Shown here piece by piece: positions 33,402 to 42,694 of a stretch of DNA of 64,000 bases. The position numbers and the translations under genes were made by a program. Under the pieces are notes generated by a model. It was not told where the DNA came from and made no database searches. It saw only the letters and a program-made list of their open reading frames with translations. Source of the stretch: an uncultured Verrucomicrobiae bacterium (GTDB taxonomy: Bacteria > Verrucomicrobiota > Verrucomicrobiia > Chthoniobacterales > UBA10450); NCBI GenBank assembly GCA_963726745.1, contig CAVSDR010000002.1, forward strand, positions 128,001 through 192,000, in the 5' to 3' direction. Every line of letters starts with the position of its first letter. Position 1 is the first letter of the stretch.

Positions 33402-34991
33402 CTACTTCTTCGCCTCGAAACGCGCGCGGCCTTCGTCGATGTAGGTGCGGCCGCCCGCGTGTGAGAGCTCGAGGGTTTGCTCCCAGGTTCCGCCGGGAAA
33501 TTCCCGCTCGGTGCGCACGGTTTCGCGACGTTCCGTCGGCGCGGCTGCGGCGGAAGGAACCAGCGCCTCGTGCAGCACGCGGCCGTCGAGCGGCTCCGGC
33601 GGCTGCAGCTGGAGGAGATGCATGATCGTGGCGGCGACGTCCAGGTTCGAGCTGGGAAGATCGCTCGCAAGGCCGGGGCGAAAATCCGGCCCGGCGGCGA
33701 TGCAAGTGTTGTGGAGATCGAAGGGGCTGAGCGAGCCGTGCGTGGCCAGGTTGTTGTCTGTGCCGGCGCTCGATTCGACCAGCCCGGCGACGCCGTGCCG
33801 GTTGCGCTCTCGCGTCCAGCGGAAGGGGACGATCACATCGGGACCATTGGCTGCGTCGAGATGAAGCTCCGCCAGGGTGAAAGTGCCGGCTATTTTTTCG
33901 CGGGCAAAAATCGGCCCGGCGACGTCCGATTGCTGCAAGGCCTCGACCAAACGCGCGATCGTTTTCGTTTCGTGCTCGCCCACATACAGGAAGCTCACCC
34001 CGCCGTTGCCTACGACCTTGATCTCGCCGGGCGCGAGGCGGTTCGCCTCCTTGCCAGCGAGATGGAAGTCCCGCGCACCGAGAAATTCCTTGAGATCCAC
34101 CCGGCGCGCGATCGTGGAGAAGCCGTGATCGGATGCCACCAGCACGTCGGTCGCGGCGCGCACGCCCTTCTCCTCGAGCGCCGCGAGGACGCGCCCGAGA
34201 TTGTGGTCGACCGAGCGAAGCGCGGCCAGGGCCTCGGGGCTGCCGGGCATGGTCGCATGCTGGGCGTGGTCCGGGTCGCTCATCCAGAGAACGGAGAATC
34301 GCGGCACGCCCTCGGCCCAGAACACCTCGGTGAGCGCACGCGTGGTCCACTCATCCTCGACGCCATTCGCGGCCGCGCCTTCGGCCGGGAATTGACCCAG
34401 CAACTTGACGAACCGGTCGAGCGCCGACGGGGGCTCGCTCTCGCCCTTGAAAATTGTGACCGCACCGGGGCCGCGCGGCCGGCGATCGTGCAAGAGCCCG
34501 GCGGACTTGGTGCCCGCGACTGCGACTTGCCCGCCCGCCGCGCGGACGAGCTCAGCGATCGTGGGCGCGCCGAGGTAATGGCCCTCGGTGAGCGCGTCGC
34601 CTTTGCGGATGGTCTCGGCGTCGTCCATGCGCGCTGGTTTTTCGCCGGCGAGATCGGGGCGAAAGGCCCAGTTCGCGATCACCCCGCTTCGCTGCGGGAA
34701 GACGCCGGTGGCGAGGGCGGTGGCGTTGACACTCGTTAGGCTGGGATAGACGGAGTGATGCCGGCGGAAGGTCACGCCCGCCTGGGCGAGCTGCCAGAGC
34801 TGCGGCGTGTTCTCGGCGCTGACGAAATCCGGCCGCATGCCATCCCAGACGATGAGGACCACGTGCCGCGCCCGCGGCGCCGTCTCGCTGTCTGTTTTCG
34901 CGAGAGCGGCAAACGGGAGTGCGGCCAGCAGGGCAATACGGCAACAACAGCGCAGGCGCATGAGCGGGAGCTTCGCACGAAGGGCGCGCAT
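33402..34991 (-). CDS. Alkaline phosphatase superfamily (NPP-type phosphodiesterase)
   Basis: WDGMRPD, YPSLTSVN, DPDHAQH, SDHGF, THGSLS; start could be 34961. Confidence 0.85.
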   Translation of the reverse strand: MRALRAKLPLMRLRCCCRIALLAALPFAALAKTDSETAPRARHVVLIVWDGMRPDFVSAENTPQLWQLAQAGVTFRRHHSVYPSLTSVNATALATGVFPQRSGVIANWAFRPDLAGEKPARMDDAETIRKGDALTEGHYLGAPTIAELVRAAGGQVAVAGTKSAGLLHDRRPRGPGAVTIFKGESEPPSALDRFVKLLGQFPAEGAAANGVEDEWTTRALTEVFWAEGVPRFSVLWMSDPDHAQHATMPGSPEALAALRSVDHNLGRVLAALEEKGVRAATDVLVASDHGFSTIARRVDLKEFLGARDFHLAGKEANRLAPGEIKVVGNGGVSFLYVGEHETKTIARLVEALQQSDVAGPIFAREKIAGTFTLAELHLDAANGPDVIVPFRWTRERNRHGVAGLVESSAGTDNNLATHGSLSPFDLHNTCIAAGPDFRPGLASDLPSSNLDVAATIMHLLQLQPPEPLDGRVLHEALVPSAAAAPTERRETVRTEREFPGGTWEQTLELSHAGGRTYIDEGRARFEAKK

Positions 34992-34999
34992 CTGCGCGG

Positions 35000-36376
35000 C
35001 TACTTCGCCGCCTTCGGCAGCTTCCCGGCGACGGCGGCGGTCAGATCGGGAATGTCATGCACATTGAGGACCACCGGCGTCATGCTCGTGGTTCGGCCGC
35101 TGGTGTCGAGGACGGCGTTGAAGCTGCCGGCGCGCGCGACTTCGCCCACAACGGCGATGATTTCCTGGATGATCGGCTGGCGCTTGTGCTGGAGGAGATT
35201 CGAGATTTGCGCCTGCTTCTCGCCCCGTTCCAACGGGCTCAGCGCGGCCATTTCCGCGACCGCGTTTTTCGTGGTCTCCTGGATTTCCGCCTCGGCCTTT
35301 TTGCCGTTAGCCGACTCTTTGTAGAGCCGCTCGATGTCGACCAATCCGAAGCGCAGTTCGCTCGAGAGCACGCCGGTGGTGGCCGTTCCTTTCGTGGCCG
35401 TTTCGCCGTTGACCGCCGCCACCAGGTCGCTGGTAAAATCCGGCAGTCCCTGCGAAAAAACGAGGAAGGGGACGGTCGACATGCCCTGGCCGGTGCGGTC
35501 GAAGAGCAAGGAAACGCGGTCGCCCGCGATCTTCTCGAGCGTGCGCGCCATCTCCTGGACGATCGGCTGGCGCGCCTCGAGCATGGCCTGGCCGATTTCC
35601 TTCTCCTTCGCGGTGCGGAATTGTGCGAGCTCTTCCTCCAGCTTCTGTGCTTTCGCTTCCTGGGCGGCCCGCGCGGTCTCGGCCAGGTCGGCGATCCTGG
35701 CGCGCTCCGCTTTCAAGGCGCTGGTTAATTTCTCGTTCTCCGTGCGGGCGCTTTCCTGGGCGTTCTTCAGTTTCTCCTCGGCCGTCTTGGTTTGCCGGAG
35801 CTGGGTGAAGACACCGTTGAGATCGATCGTGCCGACGCGCAGGCCGCGCACGGAATTGACGTTTCCGGCGTCCTTGCCCTCGAGCGCGCTCGCGAGCCGC
35901 GTGGTGATCTCCGCCTCGGAAGGATGGAGGACAACGAAAGGCACGCCGCTGACGCTCAAGCCGCTGAAGTCGAAAACGAGGCCGATGTTTTGCGCGAGGC
36001 GGTTCACTGCGCCGTTGACGTCGCGCAGGATGGTCTCGCGCAGGGCGGTGCCTTGTTGCTGGATCTCGGCGGCGCGGGCCTGCTGCCAGAGGAGAATCTC
36101 GGCCTGCTTTTCCGCGACCGCCGTCTTGTCGGTTAATTTCTTCAGCTCGGCCTGGCGGCTTTCGTATTCCTTGAGCGCGGCCTTGCTCGCTTCCTCGACT
36201 TTGGCGGAGGCTTCCTTGGTTTGCGGGAGGCCCTTGAAGAGCGCGTCCAGGCTCACGAAGGCGAAGCTGGGATCGCGCCCCGATTTCTCGGTGGCCGGCG
36301 CCGGCGAAGGCGATGCGGCGGGGAGGGGCAGGGCGCTAAGGAGCACCAGGCCGGTGCAGACGAGAACGGTTTTCAT
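35000..36376 (-). CDS. Exported protein with three tandem OmpH/Skp-like domains
   Basis: Three repeats: FAFVSLDALF...LVFDFSG, VGTIDLNGVF...LLFDRTG...PDFT, FGLVDIERLY...AVLDTSG...PDLT. Confidence 0.75.
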   Translation of the reverse strand: MKTVLVCTGLVLLSALPLPAASPSPAPATEKSGRDPSFAFVSLDALFKGLPQTKEASAKVEEASKAALKEYESRQAELKKLTDKTAVAEKQAEILLWQQARAAEIQQQGTALRETILRDVNGAVNRLAQNIGLVFDFSGLSVSGVPFVVLHPSEAEITTRLASALEGKDAGNVNSVRGLRVGTIDLNGVFTQLRQTKTAEEKLKNAQESARTENEKLTSALKAERARIADLAETARAAQEAKAQKLEEELAQFRTAKEKEIGQAMLEARQPIVQEMARTLEKIAGDRVSLLFDRTGQGMSTVPFLVFSQGLPDFTSDLVAAVNGETATKGTATTGVLSSELRFGLVDIERLYKESANGKKAEAEIQETTKNAVAEMAALSPLERGEKQAQISNLLQHKRQPIIQEIIAVVGEVARAGSFNAVLDTSGRTTSMTPVVLNVHDIPDLTAAVAGKLPKAAK

Positions 36377-36385
36377 GCAGTGAAT

Positions 36386-36988
36386 CTAGCTCCAGACCGG
36401 GCGGATGGCAGTGGCAGGTCGCTGGCAAAATGCCTCGAAGTCTTCCCGCGACCAGAGCACCCGGCAGATGCCGCCATCGAGTCCCGCGAGCTGAGCCCGC
36501 TGCCATTGCTCTGCCCGAACGGTGAAAGGCCCCACGCGGCCTAACGAGTCCGCGCAATCGGCGTTGTCGGAATCGGAAGCCACGTAGGCGCCCTCCGGAA
36601 GCGCGCACAACAGATCGCGGGTCAGCCGGGCGTGCACCACCGTGCCCCAGGTGATCGGTGCATCCTCGATGTCGCGGATGCGCGCGGCCGGCTGTTCATC
36701 GAGGTAGGAAAGCGTGGCGCCAAGCTCGATCGCCTTCGCCTGCAGCGGCTGCACGAGCGCGCAAAGATTTTCGCTTTCGCCATTCTGCAGCCAAACGCGC
36801 AGGCCGCCATCGGTCCATTGCGCCAGCGCCTTCCAGCCTCGCCGCCGCGCCTGGTCGCAAATGGAAACCGCGAAGTCCTCCACGTCGCGGCGCGTCTCGA
36901 CCTCGCCGGGGCAGGTGAGCAGGAAAACGATCTGGCGGGTGCGGTTATCGGGAGGAGCGAGAGTGGCCACGAAAGCGCAGGCTAACAA
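36386..36988 (-). CDS. Hypothetical protein
   Basis: About 200-aa ORF filling the gap between nuoI and the Skp-like gene; start uncertain. Confidence 0.5.
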   Translation of the reverse strand: MLACAFVATLAPPDNRTRQIVFLLTCPGEVETRRDVEDFAVSICDQARRRGWKALAQWTDGGLRVWLQNGESENLCALVQPLQAKAIELGATLSYLDEQPAARIRDIEDAPITWGTVVHARLTRDLLCALPEGAYVASDSDNADCADSLGRVGPFTVRAEQWQRAQLAGLDGGICRVLWSREDFEAFCQRPATAIRPVWS

Positions 36989-37025
36989 AGGCTGCGCGCG
37001 CGTGGCAAGGCCCGGGCAACGCAGG

Positions 37026-37565
37026 CTAAGCGGGTTTCTTTTTCGCAGCGGCGGCAGCCGCGAGGCGTCCGTCGACCTCGGCGGCCTCCACCGGGTGGAT
37101 CGCGTGATAGTATTCGTTAGACTTCGCCAGCTCCGGCTTCTCCAGGAGGAAGGCGTCGAAGCGTTCCCGCCGGCTTAGCTCGAAAACCTTGTCCATCTTG
37201 ATCGCCTCAAACGGGCATACTTCGACGCAAATCTGGCAGCTCATGCAGACCGAGATATCGATGTCGAAAGTGGCTGGATAAAACTGCGGCTTCTCCAGGT
37301 AGTCCGGTTTTTTGTCCGTGCTCTTGACGATGTAGATGCACTGCGGCGGGCATTCTTTTTCGCAGATCTTGCAGGCGACGCAACGCAGCCCGGCCTCGGC
37401 GTTGTCGCCATCGAAGACGAGAAAAGGGAAGTTGCGGTAGTTCTCCGGCAGGGGCGCGCGCTCCTCGGGATACTGCACGGTCGTTAGGCGGTCCTCCTCG
37501 AAATAGCTTCCGACAAAGTTCCGCAGGGTCACGCCCATGCCCTTGAGAATCCCGGTGCCGATCAT
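37026..37565 (-). CDS. nuoI: Complex I subunit NuoI
   Basis: TVQYPEE, CVACKICEKECP and CMSCQICVEVCPFEAI (two 4Fe-4S). Confidence 0.9.
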   Translation of the reverse strand: MIGTGILKGMGVTLRNFVGSYFEEDRLTTVQYPEERAPLPENYRNFPFLVFDGDNAEAGLRCVACKICEKECPPQCIYIVKSTDKKPDYLEKPQFYPATFDIDISVCMSCQICVEVCPFEAIKMDKVFELSRRERFDAFLLEKPELAKSNEYYHAIHPVEAAEVDGRLAAAAAAKKKPA

Positions 37566-37643
37566 GTTCGCCCTCAGGAGTAGCGAATGCGCGCGCCGCT
37601 GGCAAACATCCGCTGACCGCGGCGGCGGCGTATTTTCTTAACC

Positions 37644-38043
37644 ATGAGCTACATCAAACAAATGTTCGAAACGCATCCGGTGAACCCCTCGTCGGACCAC
37701 GCGGTCGCGATCGAGTGCATCACCGCCTGCTATTCCTGCGCGGAAGCGTGCAACGCCTGCGCCGATGCCTGCCTGGGAGAGAAGGATGTCAGCGCGATGG
37801 TGCAATGCATCCGCAATTGCACCGATTGCGCGGACGTTTGCCTGGCGACGGCGCGGTTGATCTCGCGCTTCACGCGGACCGACAAGACGATCGCCGGCGC
37901 GCTTGCTCCGGGCTTGCATCACCGCCTGCCACGAGTGCCACCGCACTTGTGCAGAACATGGCGAGATGATGGAGCATTGCCGCGTTTGCGCGGAAGCATG
38001 CGCCCGCTGCGAGAAGGCGTGCGAGGCGCTGCTCGCGGAGTAA
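37644..38043 (+). CDS. Cys-rich four-helix-bundle copper storage protein, Csp3/DUF326-like (frameshift near 37905)
   Basis: CITACYSCAEACNACADACL...CIRNCTDCADVC, then in the shifted frame CITACHECHRTCAEHGEMMEHCRVCAEACARCEKAC. Confidence 0.85.
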
Positions 38044-38059
38044 GCGCTCGTTAGCCGGC

Positions 38060-39217
38060 TCAGCGATCGACTTCGCCCATGACGATGTCGATCGAGCCGA
38101 GGATGACCATGACGTCGGCGACGGTGTGGCCGAGGCACATGTCCTCGAGAATCGTCAGGTTAATGAAGCTCGGCGGGCGCACGCGGTAGCGGTAGGGATT
38201 CGCGCTGCCGTCGCTGATCAGGTAGAAGCCGAGCTCGCCCTTCGGGCTTTCGATCCGACCGTAAGCTTCGCCGACCGGCGGCTTGAAGGCGCGCACTTTG
38301 ACCTTCGGATTCATCACCGGACCGGCGGAGATTTGCGCGAAGGCCTGGTCGAGGATGGCGAGGCTCTCGCGGCATTCGAGCACGCGCATCATCAGGCGAT
38401 CGTAGCAATCGCCGTGGTCGCCCAGCGGGATGCGAAATTTGAAGCGCGAATAGATGCCGTAGCCATCCACTTTGCGCAGGTCGTAGTTCACTCCGCAGGC
38501 GCGCAGGATCGGACCGGTGAGGCCGGCATTGACCGCCAGCTCGCTGCTTATTTTGCCGACCTCCTGCGTGCGCATGAGCAGGATTTCGTTCGTCGTAATC
38601 AGCTGCTCGAACTCGTCGAGGAAACGCGGGAACGCGGCGGCGACGCGGCGCGCGTGCTCCATCCAGACATCGCTCGGGTCGACCCGGCAGCCGCCGAAAC
38701 GCATGTAATCGCACATCATGCGCGAGCCGCTGAGCGACTCGAAAAGGTCGAGGATTTTCTCGCGTTCGCGAAAGGCATACATCAACGGCGTGCCCCACGC
38801 GCCCATGTCGCTGAGGAGAAAACCAAGCAGCGAGATGTGATTTTGCAGGCGGGTGAGTTCCGCGAGGATGACGCGCAGATACTCGGCGCGCTCGGGCACT
38901 TCGATGCCGGCGAGCTTCTCCACGCTGAGCGCGTAGGCCCAGTTATTGGACATGGAGCAGAAGTAATCGAGCCGGTCGGTATACGGCATCGAGCCGAGGT
39001 AGCTCGTGCCTTCGCCGATCTTTTCGTGGTTGCGATGGAGGTAACCAAAGACCGGCTTGAGCTTGCGCACGATCTCGCCCTCGAGCGCGACGTTCATCCG
39101 GAAGACGCCGTGGGTCGACGGGTGCTGCGGGCCCATCGAGATCTCGAGCAACTCGCCCTCCAATCGCGAACTCATCCGCGGAGGAGCTTCGTGCAATTCC
39201 TGGAAGCCGGGAGTCAT
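38060..39217 (-). CDS. nuoD: Complex I subunit NuoD
   Basis: [37 protein letters not shown]. Confidence 0.96.
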   Translation of the reverse strand: MTPGFQELHEAPPRMSSRLEGELLEISMGPQHPSTHGVFRMNVALEGEIVRKLKPVFGYLHRNHEKIGEGTSYLGSMPYTDRLDYFCSMSNNWAYALSVEKLAGIEVPERAEYLRVILAELTRLQNHISLLGFLLSDMGAWGTPLMYAFREREKILDLFESLSGSRMMCDYMRFGGCRVDPSDVWMEHARRVAAAFPRFLDEFEQLITTNEILLMRTQEVGKISSELAVNAGLTGPILRACGVNYDLRKVDGYGIYSRFKFRIPLGDHGDCYDRLMMRVLECRESLAILDQAFAQISAGPVMNPKVKVRAFKPPVGEAYGRIESPKGELGFYLISDGSANPYRYRVRPPSFINLTILEDMCLGHTVADVMVILGSIDIVMGEVDR

Positions 39218-39871
39218 TCGTTAGGCGTCAGGGCCTGGTCGGCTGGTCTGGCGCTCTGGTGCGCCTTGGATTTAGCCAGCACTTCGTCGTGCGCGGTCGG
39301 CTCGTATTCGTAGTCATCCGGCTCGACGTAATCTTTCCGCATCGGGAAGTCGGTAAATTCGTCCCACATGAGGATGCGGCGCAGGTCGGGATGGCCGTCG
39401 AATTGGATCCCGTAAAGGTCGAAGATCTCGCGCTCCTGGAATTCCGCGCTCCGCCAAACCGGCGTAAGCGAAGGGAGATGCACCCGCTGCCGCGCGATCG
39501 CCAGTGCGCAGGCGAAGGATCACCGGGCCGTGCTTAAAGGCGATGGAGTAAAGATGGTAAACCGCCTCGAGGTGGCCAGGGATCGTCTCCTCCGTCACTT
39601 GCTCGACTTCCTTCTCCTCGCCTTCGACGACCTGCTTCACTTTTGCCGTCCGCTTCACCTTGCGCTCCGGCCAGTCGACCCCGGTCGCGTTCGAGCAGAA
39701 GTCGAGGCGCAAGGCGGGATCGTCGTGCAGGAAACGCGCGACCCGCAGCGCGTGCTCCGAGTTCAGCAAAAGCGAAGGCTGATTGGCCGGGCCAGGATTC
39801 GCGATGACTTCGATCTGCGCACCGGGCACCGCCGCTTCCACGCGCGCCTTGATTTCCTCGAGCGACTCCAT
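39214..39871 (-). CDS. nuoC: Complex I subunit NuoC (frameshift near 39490)
   Basis: TGVDW and VYHLYS in ORF 39314..39871; [23 protein letters not shown] in ORF 39214..39483. Confidence 0.9.
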
Positions 39872-39874
39872 TCG

Positions 39875-40499
39875 TTAGGCACGCTCGACCACCGGCGGAT
39901 GGAAGACCTCCGGATTCAACGGCGGCTCGAGGTCGTGCGCACCGAAGGCCGGCACCGGAAACTCGCTGGGCTGCGTCGCGGTCGAGGTGCGCCGCTTTCA
40001 TCTCGCCGGTTAATTTTTGCCCGTCGATCTTGCGCTGTAGTTCCATGAAAGCATGGAGCAACGCCTCCGGCCGCGGCGGACAGCCGGGAATGTAAACGTC
40101 CACCGGAATGTAGCGGTCGATTCCTTTGAGCACGTTGTAACCTTGCTTGAACGGTCCGCCGGAAATCGCGCACGCGCCCATCGCGATGACGTATTTCGGA
40201 TCGGGCATCTGGTTGTAGAGCCGGACGATTTGCGGCGCCATTTTCTTGGTCACGGTGCCGGCCACGATCATGAGATCGGCCTGGCGCGGCGAGGGCCGAA
40301 AAACTTCGCCGCCGAAGCGCGCGAGATCATACTTCGAGGCGGCGGTCGCGATCATCTCGATCGCGCAACAGGCGAGCCCGAACTGCAGCGGCCAGATGGA
40401 ATTCTTGCGGCCCCAATTATAGAGCTCCTGCATCGAGGTGACCCAGATGCCTTGCTTCTGGAGTTCGCTTTGCAGGTTGCTGTCTATTTCTGTGCTCAT
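39875..40499 (-). CDS. nuoB: Complex I subunit NuoB (frameshift near 39970)
   Basis: [31 protein letters not shown]; corrected end ...PPVVERA* at 39875. Confidence 0.93.
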
Positions 40500-40512
40500 T
40501 GAAGAATTCGGA

Positions 40513-40589
40513 GAGGAATGAATTTGGAAACCAGGAAACCAGAAAGAGGAGCTTTGTCTTTTTCTGGCTTTCTCCTTTCTAAATTCCTC
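40513..40589. repeat. AT-rich imperfect inverted repeat between nuoA and nuoB
   Basis: GAATTTGGAAACCAGGAAACCAGAAAGAG ... CTTTTTCTGGCTTTCTCCTTTCTAAATTC. Confidence 0.6.
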
Positions 40590-40592
40590 CCC

Positions 40593-40973
40593 CTATCGCG
40601 ACCAGTCGAGACAACCTTTGCCCCAGGCCCAGACCAAGCCTTCAAGCAGCAGAAGCACGAAAACAAGCAGCGCGATGAAAGCGCCCACCGGCAGGCCGGT
40701 GAAGGCGACCGCAAAGGGGACCAGGAAAATCGCCTCGACGTCGAAGATCAGGAAAATGATCGCGTAGAGGAAATACTGCGAGCGGAACTGCACCTGCGCT
40801 TCGCCTAACGACTCGATGCCGCATTCGTAGGTGGCGTTTTTGCGCGCGCCCGGCCGGGGTGGTTGAAAAAAGCGCCGCCAGAGCCAGGCGAGCGCGAGCG
40901 GGAGCAACGGGAAAACCAAGGCCACGCCGGCAAAAAGGACGATGAAGAAGTAAGGATCGGGCGCAGTTCCCAT
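40593..40973 (-). CDS. nuoA: Complex I subunit NuoA
   Basis: TYECG, FLIFDVE, WGKGCLDW. Confidence 0.95.
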   Translation of the reverse strand: MGTAPDPYFFIVLFAGVALVFPLLPLALAWLWRRFFQPPRPGARKNATYECGIESLGEAQVQFRSQYFLYAIIFLIFDVEAIFLVPFAVAFTGLPVGAFIALLVFVLLLLEGLVWAWGKGCLDWSR

Positions 40974-41047
40974 CGGGCCTCGCAGTTCTACTCAAAGCCC
41001 TCTCGGCGCGGCCAGTCTTTTCCTTTCACTCGCGCGGCAATCGCCGT

Positions 41048-42325
41048 ATGGAAGCGCCCTGGATGGTCGATGAAGAATTAACGCGGGCCGAGGAGGCGGT
41101 GCGCAAAAGCGAGGAGCGCTACCGCGAGCTGCTCGCCTCGATCACCGACTATATCTACAGCGTGCGCTTCCAGAATGGCGTGGTCGTGGACACGCAGCAC
41201 GGTCCCGGTTGTCTCAACGTCACCGGTTACCGCCCGCAGGAATACAGCGAGGATCCGGATCTCTGGCACCGCATGGTCCACCCCGACGACCGCGCCGCCG
41301 TGACCGAAAATGTGATGGCGATGACGCAGGGAAAAGTCCCGCCGACGATCGAGCACCGCATTTTTCACCGCGACGGCTCGATCCGCTGGGTGCGGAATCA
41401 GCGCGTGCCGCATTACGATGCGACCGGCGCATTCTCCGGCTACGACGGTTTGGTCACGGACGTCACCTCGCGCAAGGAAGCGGAGGAACAGCTCACCGCG
41501 GCCAATGCGCAGCTGCGCGAAGTGCTCGCGAGCCTCACGAAAAGCCACGAGGAGCTGAAGAAGACGCAGCTGCAATTGATCGAAGCCGAGAAGCTCCAGA
41601 CCGTGGGCCAGCTCGCGGCGGGCGTGGCCCACGAGGTCAAGAATCCGCTGGCTGTTTTGCAGATGGGGCTCGGCTACGTGAGCGCGCACCTGCCGGCGGA
41701 TGACGCGCAAATCGTCGGCGTGATCCGCGAAATGAATGATGCGATCAAGCGCGCCGACGCGGTCGTGGGTGGCTTGCTGAAGTTCGCCGCGCCCAAGGAA
41801 CTCGACCTGCGGCTGATGGAGATCGAGCCGCTCATCCGCCGCGCGCTCACGCTCGTGCGGCACGAGATCAAGGCGGCCAAGATCCAGGTCGTGACGGGCT
41901 TTACTCCGCAGCTGCCGCGGGCCGCGCTCGATGCCGGCAAGATGCAGCAGGTCTTCGTAAATCTTTTCACGAACGCCTGCCACGCAATGTCCGCCGGCGG
42001 ACTTCTCTCCGTGACCACCCAGTCACGCACCCTCTGCGACCAGGAGGCGGACATGCTCGGCGGGAACCGCGCGGGCACGCGCCTGCGCAACGGCGACCGC
42101 GTGCTCGTGGTGCAGATCGCGGATAACGGCAGCGGCATTCCGCCGGAACATCTCGCGCGCGTCTTCGATCCCTATTTCACGACCAAGCCGACAGGCAAGG
42201 GGACGGGACTGGGCTTGACGGTGACCAAGACCATCATCGATATGCACGGCGGCCGGATCCATCTGCACAATCGCGAGGAAGGCGGCGCGGTCGCAACCTT
42301 GTTGCTCCCCACTAATGAGAAATAA
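41048..42325 (+). CDS. Cytoplasmic PAS sensor histidine kinase
   Basis: PAS (VHPDD, DGSIRW), AHEVKNPL, NLFTNA, DNGSGI, FTTK, GTGLGL. Confidence 0.93.
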   Translation: MEAPWMVDEELTRAEEAVRKSEERYRELLASITDYIYSVRFQNGVVVDTQHGPGCLNVTGYRPQEYSEDPDLWHRMVHPDDRAAVTENVMAMTQGKVPPTIEHRIFHRDGSIRWVRNQRVPHYDATGAFSGYDGLVTDVTSRKEAEEQLTAANAQLREVLASLTKSHEELKKTQLQLIEAEKLQTVGQLAAGVAHEVKNPLAVLQMGLGYVSAHLPADDAQIVGVIREMNDAIKRADAVVGGLLKFAAPKELDLRLMEIEPLIRRALTLVRHEIKAAKIQVVTGFTPQLPRAALDAGKMQQVFVNLFTNACHAMSAGGLLSVTTQSRTLCDQEADMLGGNRAGTRLRNGDRVLVVQIADNGSGIPPEHLARVFDPYFTTKPTGKGTGLGLTVTKTIIDMHGGRIHLHNREEGGAVATLLLPTNEK

Positions 42326-42686
42326 CAAAGCCAAGATCCTGATCGTGGATGACGAGCGCAGCTTCACCAAGTTGACTCGCCTGGCGCTCACGCAATACGA
42401 GATCCGCGAGGAGAACGACCCGTCGCAGGCCGTCGGAGTGGCGCGCGAGTTCCAGCCCGACCTGATCCTGCTCGATGTGGTCATGCCGGAGTTCGACGGC
42501 GGCGACGTGGCGGCGCAACTGCGGGCCGATAGCTCCCTGGCGAAGATTCCAGTGGTCTTCCTGACCGCGATCGTGACCGAGCAGGAAACCGAGAAACACG
42601 GACTTTTCGGCGGTTACCCGTTCATCTCGAAGCCGGTTAGCGCCGAGCGGCTGGCGGAGGCGATCGAGCGCCATCTCGCTGCCTAA
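42315..42686 (+). CDS. Single-domain response regulator
   Basis: ILIVDDE, PDLILLDVVMPEFDG, FLTA, SKP. Confidence 0.93.
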   Translation: MRNNKAKILIVDDERSFTKLTRLALTQYEIREENDPSQAVGVAREFQPDLILLDVVMPEFDGGDVAAQLRADSSLAKIPVVFLTAIVTEQETEKHGLFGGYPFISKPVSAERLAEAIERHLAA

Positions 42687-42694
42687 CGAGACGG

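Noticed and set aside
38060..40499. Group 4 NiFe hydrogenase
   Set aside because: NuoD lacks the CxxC nickel ligands, and nuoA/J/K are present.
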